DNA of 56,543 nt, taken from NCBI GenBank assembly GCA_037446815.1, contig JBBIHX010000005.1:1-56543 (forward strand). The letters run 5' to 3'. This DNA comes from Caldilineae bacterium (GTDB lineage: Bacteria > Chloroflexota > Anaerolineae > DTLA01). This document shows positions 37,607 to 46,931 of this stretch, piece after piece. The position numbers were made by a program, and so were the translations under genes. Each line of letters begins with the position of its first letter. Position 1 is the stretch's first letter. Below the pieces are notes generated by a model, which worked only from the letters and a program-made list of their open reading frames with translations, searched no databases and had not been told where the DNA came from.

Positions 37607-38781
37607 TCGCGGGGGAGACGATTCTGTGCTTCGCGCCAGACCCGTGGGATGACATCTGGCGCAACCGACATCAGATTATGAGCCGCTTGGCCCGGCAGAA
37701 CCTGGTCATCTACGTGGAGCCGCGGCCCTACTTGCGCCAGGTGTGGGCGGGGCTGCGGAGCGGCGCGTTTCGCCCCCTGCGCGGGCGGCCCCGACTCCGC
37801 AAGGCGCTGGACAACCTGTACGTGTACACCCCGCCGTGGTGGGCGCCCATCAGCGGCAGGGAACCGCTGGCGTCGCTGTTTGCCCGCTTGCGGCGGAGGG
37901 ACTTGCAGGCCGTGATGCGGCGGCTGGGCGCGGGGCGGCCCATCCTGTGGCTCGTGCGCCCAGACCAGGCCGACGTCATCGGCCAGGTCGGCGAGAAGAT
38001 GCGCGTGTACCAGATTGTGGACGAGTACGCGGGCTACGGCGGGCTGAGCGCCGAGCGCCGAGCGGCCCTGTTGGAGCGGGAGCGGCGGCTGGTCGCGGCT
38101 GTGGACATGGTGTTCGTAACGTCGCCGGCTCTCTTGGAGAGCAAGGGCCCGTACAACCCGCGCACCTATCTCGTGCCCAACGGCGTGGACTACGATGCGT
38201 TCTCAAGGGCGCTGGAGGACCCCGCATTGCCCGCTGACCTTGCGGCGGTGCCCAAGCCGCGTGTCGGGTACGTGGGGGCGCTGAACGACAAGGTGGACTA
38301 TGCGCTGCTGCGCGATTTGGCGCAGGCGCGGCCCGACTGGGCCATCGTGCTGGTCGGGCCGTGGGCGGTGCGCGAGGACGCGACAGGCTTTGACCTGCGG
38401 CGCCAGGCCAATGTGCACATCCTGGGCAAGAAGGACGTGGCCCTCGTGCCGCATTACGTCAAAGGTTTGGACATTTGCCTGATGCCGTATAAACTAAATG
38501 AGTGGACGCGGAGCATTGACCCGCTGAAGATGTATGAGTACCTGGCGGCCGGGCGGCCGGTGGTCTCCACGCCCATACCGGCGGCGGTGGCCTTCTCGCG
38601 GTGGGTTGTCGTGGCCGACGGCGAGCGTTTCGCCGAGGCGGTGTTGGCCGCGATGGCGCAGGATAACGACGCGGCCCGCGCCGAGCGCCGTCGCGTTGCC
38701 GCCCGGCATTCGTGGGAGGCCCGCGTGGAGTTCATCGCGTCCCGCTTGGCCGACTTCTTGCAGCACGGCGAGGCGAAGTAG
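37603..38781 (+). CDS. GT-B glycosyltransferase (GT4, TuaH-like)
   Basis: DPWDDIWRNRHQIM, YQIVDEY, VPNGVD, GYVGAL, DPLKMYEYLAAGRPVVST. Confidence 0.88.
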   Translation: MIAGETILCFAPDPWDDIWRNRHQIMSRLARQNLVIYVEPRPYLRQVWAGLRSGAFRPLRGRPRLRKALDNLYVYTPPWWAPISGREPLASLFARLRRRDLQAVMRRLGAGRPILWLVRPDQADVIGQVGEKMRVYQIVDEYAGYGGLSAERRAALLERERRLVAAVDMVFVTSPALLESKGPYNPRTYLVPNGVDYDAFSRALEDPALPADLAAVPKPRVGYVGALNDKVDYALLRDLAQARPDWAIVLVGPWAVREDATGFDLRRQANVHILGKKDVALVPHYVKGLDICLMPYKLNEWTRSIDPLKMYEYLAAGRPVVSTPIPAAVAFSRWVVVADGERFAEAVLAAMAQDNDAARAERRRVAARHSWEARVEFIASRLADFLQHGEAK

Positions 38782-38833
38782 CGGCGCTTCCCGGCGTTCG
38801 GATTCGGCGCTGGGGCGCACGGAGAGGAGGATA

Positions 38834-40015
38834 ATGGAAACAACCGATTTTCTGATGTACTTGCGGGTGATTTGGAAGCGCGCCTGGCTCATCGGGCTCA
38901 TCATCGTGTTGACCGTGGGCGTGATCCTGATGACATCCCTGACCGCGGGGCCGGTGTACCAAGCGACGGTGCGGCTTCAGGTGATCGCCTCGGAGCCGGG
39001 CGATGTGGCGCTGTTCTCGGAGTTCCGTTCGGGCCCGGCCGCGGAGGAAATCTCCGCAGCCCAGCAGGACTTCATCGCGGCCCTGAAGCGCCCCATCGTG
39101 GCCTGGCAGACCATCGCCGACCTGAACCTGGGCATCAGCGCGGTGGACCTGCTGGATCGCATGACGGTGGGCACCGAGGAGGAGTTCATCTACATCTCCT
39201 ACGAGGCCGATTCGCCGCAGGATGCCGAGACCATCGTTACCAAGTTGGTGGACAATGCGCTGGTGTACTATCGCAATCTGCGGGCGAAACGCGCCACGGT
39301 CTTGCGCGTGTTTATCGCGCAGGAATTGGAGAAGCAGCAGAAGGCCCTGGCCGACGCCAAGGAAGCCTTCTTGCAGTTCAAGTTGCAGCACAATGTGGAC
39401 TCGCTCCAGCGCGAATTGACCGCCTATCAGGACGAGTTGCGCCAGTTGCGGCTGAATCGCGATGTGGTGGTCATGCAGAGCGAGCAGAAGAGCCGCGAGG
39501 CCACGCTCTATCAAGAGCAGGCGCAGAAGGCGACCGAGCAGGCCGAAGCGGCGTCGGCGCGCGCGGCGACGGCTACGGCGTCGTACTACTACGGCCTGGC
39601 GCGCGACTACGCCCAGAAGGCCGTGGAGGCGGAGATCGCCGCCGAAGCGGCCCAGGTGGCCAGGCTGGAGTACGAGCAGATGATCTCCGACCGCGAGACG
39701 CGCCTCTTGTCGCTCATCGGCCTGACGTCGGAATATGACGCCAAGCAGGCCGCCGTGAACGAAATCCAGGCCAACGTGAACTTCCTGTCGGGCAAACTGA
39801 ACGAGGCGGCACTGAAGGAAAGCCAATCGCTGAACGCGGGCTTCATCCAGGTTGCGGAGCCGGCGCGCCAGCCCGACCGCCCGGCGCCGTCGCAGTTGCC
39901 GCGCTTGCTCCTGGTGGGGGTCGCTATCAGCGCGGCGGCGGGCGTGATCCTGGCGTTCGTCCTGGAGTTCATTGAGTCCTTGGGCCGCTCCAAGGCCAAG
40001 GCGAAGGCGCAGTAG
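38834..40015 (+). CDS. Polysaccharide co-polymerase / chain-length determinant (Wzz/GumC-like, no kinase domain)
   Basis: YLRVIWKRAWLI TM1, PVYQAT, long coiled coil, AEPARQPDRP before TM2, short cytoplasmic tail; strong SD GGAGG. Confidence 0.85.
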   Translation: METTDFLMYLRVIWKRAWLIGLIIVLTVGVILMTSLTAGPVYQATVRLQVIASEPGDVALFSEFRSGPAAEEISAAQQDFIAALKRPIVAWQTIADLNLGISAVDLLDRMTVGTEEEFIYISYEADSPQDAETIVTKLVDNALVYYRNLRAKRATVLRVFIAQELEKQQKALADAKEAFLQFKLQHNVDSLQRELTAYQDELRQLRLNRDVVVMQSEQKSREATLYQEQAQKATEQAEAASARAATATASYYYGLARDYAQKAVEAEIAAEAAQVARLEYEQMISDRETRLLSLIGLTSEYDAKQAAVNEIQANVNFLSGKLNEAALKESQSLNAGFIQVAEPARQPDRPAPSQLPRLLLVGVAISAAAGVILAFVLEFIESLGRSKAKAKAQ

Positions 40016-40032
40016 AGTCGGGGTCGGCGCAC

Positions 40033-41253
40033 ATGCGGCGCGTGCTGTTCGTGGACAAGGCCCCCCAGTTGGGCGGGTCGCTGGTCAGCCTGTATCACCT
40101 GGTGCGAGGGCTGGATCGGACGCGGTTTGAACCCATCGTTCTCGTCGCGGACGGGACTCCTGCCGCAGCGCGGTTTTCAGCGCTGGGTGTGGAGGTGCTG
40201 ACACGCCCGTGGGCCAACACGCCGCCGCAGACGCCCGCGCTGCTGCAGGGCGTAAAGCAGACGGCGGCAGCGCGGGAACTGCGCGACTGGCGCTGGGGCC
40301 GCCGCCTGTATCACGGCGCGGGTTTTCTGGTGAAGCACCTGCCGCGGATTCTGGAGCGTGCCGAGGCGTTCGCGAACCTGCTCTACGATGTGAAGCCCGA
40401 CTGGGTCCATATAAACGATGGCGTGCCGTTCAATCGCGGCGAGGTCCTCGGCGCGCTGTGGGCGCGGGTTCCGGTGGTATGTCATGTGCGGTCGTTTGAG
40501 CCGCCCACGCGGTTTGACCGTTTCTTGTCGTCGCGCGTGGCGGTCCACATCTGCATCTCCCGCGCCATCGCGGAGTGGCTTCTGGGCACGGGCGTGCGGC
40601 TCCGAGCGTGGCGCGTGGTTCACAACGGCGTGGACCTGGCGGAGTTCCAGGATGTTCCGGGCGCGCGCTCCCGCGTTCGCGCGGAGTTGGGGCTTCCTGA
40701 AGATGCGTTCGTGGTCGCGCTGCTGGGTCGTGTCGTCCCGTGGAAAGGGCACGAGGTGTTCTTGGACGCGATGGAGCAGTTGCTGGCGGCGCACCCGCAT
40801 CTCATGGGCTGCATCGTGGGCGAAGGCTGGCGGGGCCACGACTTTGAGCAGCGACTCCGCGACCGCGTGGAGTCCGGGCCGCTGAAGGGGCGCGTGATCT
40901 TCGCGGGCTTTCGGCCGGATGTGCCCGCGCTGTTGCAGTCGGTGGACGCGCTGGCCCACACATCTGTAGAGCCGGAGCCGTTCGGGCGCGTGATCGTGGA
41001 AGCGATGGCGGCACGATTGCCCATCGTGGCGACGGCCGCCGGCGCGGTGCCCGAAATCCTGGAGCATGAGCGCACAGGGTTGTTGGTGCCTTCGGGCGAT
41101 GCCGAAAGCCTGGCGCAGGCCCTGCGGCGGCTCGTGAGCGACCCGGACATGGCCCGGCGACTGGCCGCTGCGGCCCGCCAGGAAGTGGAAGCGCGGTTCA
41201 CCGTGCAGCGGTACGTGGCGGGGGTGCAGGCGGTGTATGAGGAGTTGCTATGA
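40033..41253 (+). CDS. GT4 glycosyltransferase
   Basis: LGGSLVSL, VHNGVD, GRVVPWKG, EPFGRVIVEAMA. Confidence 0.92.
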   Translation: MRRVLFVDKAPQLGGSLVSLYHLVRGLDRTRFEPIVLVADGTPAAARFSALGVEVLTRPWANTPPQTPALLQGVKQTAAARELRDWRWGRRLYHGAGFLVKHLPRILERAEAFANLLYDVKPDWVHINDGVPFNRGEVLGALWARVPVVCHVRSFEPPTRFDRFLSSRVAVHICISRAIAEWLLGTGVRLRAWRVVHNGVDLAEFQDVPGARSRVRAELGLPEDAFVVALLGRVVPWKGHEVFLDAMEQLLAAHPHLMGCIVGEGWRGHDFEQRLRDRVESGPLKGRVIFAGFRPDVPALLQSVDALAHTSVEPEPFGRVIVEAMAARLPIVATAAGAVPEILEHERTGLLVPSGDAESLAQALRRLVSDPDMARRLAAAARQEVEARFTVQRYVAGVQAVYEELL

Positions 41254-42725
41254 TTCGTAGGTTGGAGTGGCTATCCGGCGACCGCGCGTGGCTCCGCCTT
41301 GCGGGGCGGGTGGCGCTCGTGCTGGTTGCGCTCGGCATCGGGTACGCGCTGGGCGCGGTGCTCGTGTCGCCGCGGTACGCGATGGTGATCACGGCCGTGG
41401 GCGTGGCGTTCTGCTTGGGGGCTGTGGCTGTAGACCCCAAGATCGGGATGCTCCTCTGGATCATCGTGTCGCCCTATGCGCGGTTCATCCCGCTGGACAT
41501 CCAGTTGGGGCACGGCATCCCAGACCTCAAACTGAACCGACTGGTTACGCTGGTGTTGCTGGCGCTGTGGGCGGCGCAGGTGGCCATCGGGCGGCGCAAA
41601 TGGTCGCGTGTGGTCTGGAGCGACATCTTCATGGCCCTGTACATGGCCTTCACGCTCATCAGTTACTCGGGAGCGCCCATGTCCACCAACAAGGCGCTCC
41701 AGAATTTCTGGGACATCTACCTGGTGCCCGCGGTGGCCTATTTCCTGGCGCGGCAGTTGTTCTCCAACGAGCGCGATGTGAAGCGGGTGGCTATCACCCT
41801 TTCCATCGTCGGAGTCTACCTGGCGGTCTTGGCGACGCACGAGCAGACGACGGGAATCATCCTGTTCTATCCCGAGGATCGCAGCATCATCTACTCGGCG
41901 AACGTGCGGCGCGTGGTCAACCTGCTGGGCAACCCCGCGTTCACGACTATCGCCATTGCCATGGCGGCGCCCTTTGCCTCGCGCGGCATGATTGAGAGCA
42001 AGACGCGCGGGCGACGGCTGGTCTGGCTGGGCGTGTTGCTCATGCTGGCCGTCGGCTCCTTTATGTGCTACAACCGTTCGGGGTGGGGCGCCTTCATCGC
42101 CGCTTTGTTGGTGATGCTGCCGTTTTACCCGCGCTTCCGCAAGGTCTTCCTGCCGATCTTCTTGGTGGCGGTCGTGCTGCTGACCGTAACGTGGGGCGTG
42201 GTTAGCGCGGTACCGGCCATCCGCGAGCGCCTGCAGGCCGAGGGGCCCATCATCTGGCGGATGCAGGTGCTGGGGACGGCGTGGAAGATGATCGTGGCCC
42301 ATCCGTTCACGGGCGTGGGACAGGGGAACTTCGCGGCGCTGTACACCCTGTATGCGCGGGGCGCGGCGTACCAGTACGCCGATCCCAATACGCGCGTGCT
42401 CATGTCTCCGCACAACTCGCTGGTGTACATTCTGGTTCACGGCGGGCTGATCACGTTGTTGCCGTACCTCGGTTTCCTGCTGTCGGCGTTCTGGGTTACC
42501 GTTCGGTTCTATCGCAGCATCGCCGACGCCAAGGCGCGGAGCCTCATCATCGCGACGTGGGGCGCGTTCGTGGCGTACCTTCTGCCGGGCATGGCCGGCG
42601 ACATCGTGGTTTTCTCCTTCGGAGCGATCCTGTTCTACACCTTGGTCGGCGCCGTTCTGGGATGGATTCTGGGCGATGGGCAAGCCCTCATTCTGCCGAA
42701 GGCATCGGCGAGGGAGTCGGCGTGA
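41250..42725 (+). CDS. Wzy polymerase / O-antigen-ligase-family membrane protein
   Basis: Many TM helices; LLGNP, YNRSGW, R..LGTAWKMIVAHPFTGVGQGNF, SPHNSLV. Confidence 0.87.
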   Translation: MIRRLEWLSGDRAWLRLAGRVALVLVALGIGYALGAVLVSPRYAMVITAVGVAFCLGAVAVDPKIGMLLWIIVSPYARFIPLDIQLGHGIPDLKLNRLVTLVLLALWAAQVAIGRRKWSRVVWSDIFMALYMAFTLISYSGAPMSTNKALQNFWDIYLVPAVAYFLARQLFSNERDVKRVAITLSIVGVYLAVLATHEQTTGIILFYPEDRSIIYSANVRRVVNLLGNPAFTTIAIAMAAPFASRGMIESKTRGRRLVWLGVLLMLAVGSFMCYNRSGWGAFIAALLVMLPFYPRFRKVFLPIFLVAVVLLTVTWGVVSAVPAIRERLQAEGPIIWRMQVLGTAWKMIVAHPFTGVGQGNFAALYTLYARGAAYQYADPNTRVLMSPHNSLVYILVHGGLITLLPYLGFLLSAFWVTVRFYRSIADAKARSLIIATWGAFVAYLLPGMAGDIVVFSFGAILFYTLVGAVLGWILGDGQALILPKASARESA

Positions 42726-43870
42726 AGGTTCTGATGCTCAGCCCATTCCCGCTGGACTGCGATCGCGCTCATGGGGGCGTGGAGTCCACGGTGATGTACC
42801 TGCTGGACGGCATCGGAGCGCGGGACGACGTGCAGGTGCACGTGGTAACCTCGCTACCGTCGGTGCGCTCGCCCCAGACGCGCACCCGAGGCCCGGTGCG
42901 CATTACATACCTGCCGCGGCTGCGGTGGGGGCGGCTTGCGGGCTACGCGGGCGACTTCCGAGCCATCCGCCGAATCGCGGAACAGGAGCAGCCTGACCTG
43001 GTGCACGCGCAGGGGACGACATTCTATGCGGGGGCAGCGCTGGCTTCGGGGTTCCCCGCGGTCATCACGGCGCACGGCGTGGCGTTCCGCGAGATGGCGT
43101 ATCTGCGCGGGGTTCCCCAGCGGGCGCGGGGCCTGTGGGACGCATGGTACGAACGCCGCTGCGTTCGCCGGGCGCGCTATCTCATCGCCATCGCGCCATA
43201 CGTGGCCCGAGAGTTCGCCCGCCGGACGCGCGCCCGCGTGTGGCATGTGCCCAATGCCATCTCGGGGCAGTTCTTCGCGCTGCGGCGTGCGCCCGAATCG
43301 CACACGGTGCTGTTCGCGGGCGTGGTTAGCCCCCGCAAGGCGGTGTACGAACTGGTGCAGGCGGTGGCCGCGGTGCGCAAGGCCGTGCCCGATGTGCGCC
43401 TTCGGGTTGCGGGCGACACGCGGCAATTTCCCGACTACGTGTCGCGCATCCGGCGGCTGGTGGCCGAGCAGGGACTAGGGGACAATGTTCAGTTCCTGGG
43501 GGCCCTGCCCGAGGCGGAGGTTCTGGGGGAATACGCGCGGGCGGCGGTGCTTGTGCTGCCGTCATGGCAGGAGACCTTGCCCGCGGTGGTCGCCCAGGCC
43601 ATGGCCGCGGGCGTGCCGGTGGTGAGCACGGCGGTGGGTGGCGTCCCCGACATCATCCGTGACGGCGAGACCGGCCTTCTCGTCCCGCGGGGCGACGTGG
43701 CGGGGCTGGCCGATGCCCTCGTGCGCGTGCTGACCGACGCGCCGCTGGCCCCGTCGCTTGCCGAAGCGGCGCGTTCGTATGCGGAGGCGAACTTCCGAAG
43801 CGATGTCGTCGCCCATCGCGTGCTGGACGTTTACGCTGACGTCCTACGGCTTGAAGGGAGGGCACCATGA
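42722..43870 (+). CDS. GT4 glycosyltransferase
   Basis: GTG start overlapping upstream stop; HGGVE, PDLVHAQ, TAHG, PRKAV, QETLPAVVAQAMAAGVPVV. Confidence 0.9.
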   Translation: MKVLMLSPFPLDCDRAHGGVESTVMYLLDGIGARDDVQVHVVTSLPSVRSPQTRTRGPVRITYLPRLRWGRLAGYAGDFRAIRRIAEQEQPDLVHAQGTTFYAGAALASGFPAVITAHGVAFREMAYLRGVPQRARGLWDAWYERRCVRRARYLIAIAPYVAREFARRTRARVWHVPNAISGQFFALRRAPESHTVLFAGVVSPRKAVYELVQAVAAVRKAVPDVRLRVAGDTRQFPDYVSRIRRLVAEQGLGDNVQFLGALPEAEVLGEYARAAVLVLPSWQETLPAVVAQAMAAGVPVVSTAVGGVPDIIRDGETGLLVPRGDVAGLADALVRVLTDAPLAPSLAEAARSYAEANFRSDVVAHRVLDVYADVLRLEGRAP

Positions 43871-44727
43871 GGATCAAGCCCGATTGGTTCCAGTGGCTAC
43901 ACGGGTACAGGACGCGGGAAATCGCCATCATCTTCGGCCAGTGCCCCGATGGCCTGTTCGCGACGGGGCTGGAATTGGGGGCCGGCGACGGATTCCAGAG
44001 CGAACTGCTCCTGAAATACGTGGGCCGTTTGGTGGCCACGGACATCAATCCGGCCATCCTGCGCCTGCCCGCTCACGACTGCGTGGAGTACCAGGCGCTG
44101 GATGCCGAAGACGTGGGCGACCATTTCGCGCCCGGTTCGTTTGACCTGGTGTTCTCGTCCAACCTGCTTGAGCATCTTCCGGCGCCGGAGCGGGCGCTGG
44201 CGGGCGTGCAGCGGGTGTTGCGGGATGATGGCGTAACCATCCACATCGTGCCCAGCCCATTCTGGAAACTGTGCGAACTCCTGTTGTATTTCCCGAATCA
44301 TGTCATTGTCCTGCTGGAGCAGATTCTTGTTCGCGGGGGTGGCCGAGTGCTGGCGGAGAAGGTGCATCGGCATACTCACGGCGGGGCTGAGGCCATGCCC
44401 ATGCCCCAGGAGGCCGACAACAACCCGAAGACCCGAAAGCGCCCGCACTCGTTCCTCTATCGTTGGTTCATTCCGGAGACCCACGGGGTGTCGTCGGGAC
44501 ACGTGGAGGAGTTCCGGGCCTTTCGCAAGTCGCGTTGGCTGGCCGAGTTCCGCCGGGCCGGCTTGGAGGTCGCGGTCGTCAAGAAGGGCCCCGTGGCGTC
44601 GGGGTACGGGTTCGGGCTGGACACCCTGCGGCGCTGGCTGGAGCGGCTGGGCTTCACTTCGGAGTACATCTACGTCGCCACGCAGGCAGGGCACACCAGT
44701 CCGTATCTGGAATGCTTGCGAGGTTAG
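43867..44727 (+). CDS. Class I SAM-dependent methyltransferase
   Basis: LELGAGDG, SFDLVFSSNLLEH, RVLRDDG. Confidence 0.88.
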   Translation: MRIKPDWFQWLHGYRTREIAIIFGQCPDGLFATGLELGAGDGFQSELLLKYVGRLVATDINPAILRLPAHDCVEYQALDAEDVGDHFAPGSFDLVFSSNLLEHLPAPERALAGVQRVLRDDGVTIHIVPSPFWKLCELLLYFPNHVIVLLEQILVRGGGRVLAEKVHRHTHGGAEAMPMPQEADNNPKTRKRPHSFLYRWFIPETHGVSSGHVEEFRAFRKSRWLAEFRRAGLEVAVVKKGPVASGYGFGLDTLRRWLERLGFTSEYIYVATQAGHTSPYLECLRG

Positions 44728-44730
44728 TCG

Positions 44731-45888
44731 GTGGAGGGACACGAGAGCAGGCCACTGAAGGTCGCGCTGGCCACCATGTATCCGCTGGACCCGTCGCGGC
44801 GGTCGGGTGGGTTGCAGGCGGTCGCCTGTGATTTGGTGCGCGGATTCAAGGCGGTGGATGGCCTGGAATTGCACGTCGTGCATTGCACGAAGGAGGTGGA
44901 CGCCGACTGCGTGGTGCAGGATGGCCCGGTGTTCGTGCACTACCTGCACGCGCCGCGCCGCCGCATCGTGCCCAACATGCTCACGTCGGTTTGGAAACTG
45001 CGCCGCGAGTTCCGCCGCATTCGCCCGGATGTGGTGAACGCCCACATGGGCCACTACGCGGCGGCGGGCGTATGGGCGGGGTTCCCGACCATCCTGACCA
45101 TCCACGGCATCGTGTGGCGCGAGGCGGAGATTTTCCGCCAGACGTGGTTTGACCGCCTGCGCTACGGCATGGCCATGCTGTACGACCGATTCGCCGTGCG
45201 GAGGGTGCAAAAAGTTGTGGCCATCAACCCCTACGTGCGCAGGGAGTACCGGGCCGAGAATGACCCGCGCTGGGCCGAGATTCCCATCCCCATCTCCGAC
45301 GACTATTTCGCCGTGGCGGATCGCACGGTGCCCGGCCGCATCCTGTGCGCGGGCACGATTACGGAACTGAAGAACGGCATGGCGCTGCTCCAGGCGCTGA
45401 AACTCGTGCGCGAGCGGGTTCCCGAGGCTCACGTTCACTTCGCCGGGCGCATAGATGACCGCCGCTATCTTGCCCGCATGGAAGCCTACGCCGCCGAGAA
45501 TGGCCTCAGCGAGGCGGTGGCGTTTCGGGGGCTGATCCCCTACGAGGCGACGCTGCGGGCCTATTCCGAATGCGCGGTGCTGGCCCTGACGTCGCGGCAG
45601 GAATCCTCACCGCGGGTGATTCTGGAGGCGGCGGCGGCGGGCAAGCCGTCGGTCTCCGTGCGGGTGGGGAGCGTGGCCGACATGATAGACGACGGCGTTA
45701 GCGGCTATCTCGTGGAGCAGGATGACATCCCGACCCTGGCCGACCGCCTGGTGCGCGTCCTGACCAATGAGGCGCTGCGTCGGCAGATGGGGGAGGCCGC
45801 CAAGCGGCGCGTGGAGGAGCGCTGCAGCCTGGCCCGCGTTGTGGCGCAGTACGTGGCCGTGTACCGCGCGGTGGCGGGGGGAGGATGA
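44731..45888 (+). CDS. GT4 glycosyltransferase
   Basis: SGGLQ, PDVVNAH, TIHG, ELKNG, QESSPRVILEAAAAGKP. Confidence 0.9.
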   Translation: MEGHESRPLKVALATMYPLDPSRRSGGLQAVACDLVRGFKAVDGLELHVVHCTKEVDADCVVQDGPVFVHYLHAPRRRIVPNMLTSVWKLRREFRRIRPDVVNAHMGHYAAAGVWAGFPTILTIHGIVWREAEIFRQTWFDRLRYGMAMLYDRFAVRRVQKVVAINPYVRREYRAENDPRWAEIPIPISDDYFAVADRTVPGRILCAGTITELKNGMALLQALKLVRERVPEAHVHFAGRIDDRRYLARMEAYAAENGLSEAVAFRGLIPYEATLRAYSECAVLALTSRQESSPRVILEAAAAGKPSVSVRVGSVADMIDDGVSGYLVEQDDIPTLADRLVRVLTNEALRRQMGEAAKRRVEERCSLARVVAQYVAVYRAVAGGG

Positions 45889-46931
45889 CGGCCATGCGCG
45901 TGCTGTACGTCTCCGAGGCGCTGGTGCCGCCCTTTGACGAGGGCATCAAGAAGGCCTCGTGGCATCTCCTGAAGGCGCTGCAAGCGTCCCACGAGGTACT
46001 GGCGCTGACCAGTCGCGGGAGCGGCATCCCCGACGCTGGCGTGGAGCGCGTCCACGTCAACCGACTGTTCATCAGCGTGGCCCTCATGCGGAAGGTGCGG
46101 GGCTTTCGCCCGGAGCGTGTGGTCTATTTCCCGACGGCGTGCGCCACGCTGTTCAGTTTCGCGCGGGCGCGCGTTCTTGCCGCATACGCCCGAACCCCGG
46201 TGGCGCTGGTGGCGTTCCAGCCGCGGGCGTATGGGCGCTGGGCGCGGCTTCTCATCTCACGCCTGCGCGCCGGGCCTGTGTGGGCGCAGGGCGAGGCGAC
46301 GGCGGCCCCGCTGCGCGCGTTGGGGTGCGACGTGCGCATCCTGCCGCCCGCCGTGGACACCCAGGCGTTCGCCCCGGCCGATGATGCCCGGCGGCGCGCG
46401 TTGCGGGCGCAGCACGGTCTGGCTGCCGACGTGCCGATAATGCTCCATGTGGGGCACATCCTGCCCAACCGCAACGTGCATGCGCTGGCGGCGCTCCAGC
46501 GGGCATTGCAGGGCGAGGCGCAGGTTGTTGTGGTGGGGAGTTCCGCCTTCGGCGTGGACGCGGCCCTGGTGCAGGCGCTGAGGGATGCGGGCGTCCGCGT
46601 CATCACGGGGTACGTGGAGCGCATCGCCGAGTTGTACCAGATGGCCGACTGCTACGTCTTTCCCGTGCGTTCGGCCCAGGGGAGCGTGGAGATTCCGCTG
46701 TCGGTGCTGGAAGCGATGGCGTGCAACCTGCCCATCGTGAGCGCGCCCTTTGGCGAGTTGCCGCGCCTGTTCCCGGCAGGCGAGGGCGTGCGCTACGTCG
46801 CCGACGACGCGGCCCTGGCCGATGCGGTGCGCCAGGCGCTGGCCGAGAGGCCGGTTCGCACCCGCGACCGCGTCCTGGGCTACGGTTGGGCTGCCGCCGC
46901 TGACATGCTGGTTTCGGGGAGGCCGTCGTGA
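45885..46931 (+). CDS. GT4 glycosyltransferase
   Basis: FDEGIKK, PPAVD, LHVGH, ADCYVFP, PLSVLEAMACNLPIV. Confidence 0.87.
   Translation: MTAMRVLYVSEALVPPFDEGIKKASWHLLKALQASHEVLALTSRGSGIPDAGVERVHVNRLFISVALMRKVRGFRPERVVYFPTACATLFSFARARVLAAYARTPVALVAFQPRAYGRWARLLISRLRAGPVWAQGEATAAPLRALGCDVRILPPAVDTQAFAPADDARRRALRAQHGLAADVPIMLHVGHILPNRNVHALAALQRALQGEAQVVVVGSSAFGVDAALVQALRDAGVRVITGYVERIAELYQMADCYVFPVRSAQGSVEIPLSVLEAMACNLPIVSAPFGELPRLFPAGEGVRYVADDAALADAVRQALAERPVRTRDRVLGYGWAAAADMLVSGRPS

Noticed and set aside
38782..38820. GC hairpin before the Wzz-like gene as a terminator
   Set aside because: Imperfect stem, no U-tract, and expected by chance at this GC content.
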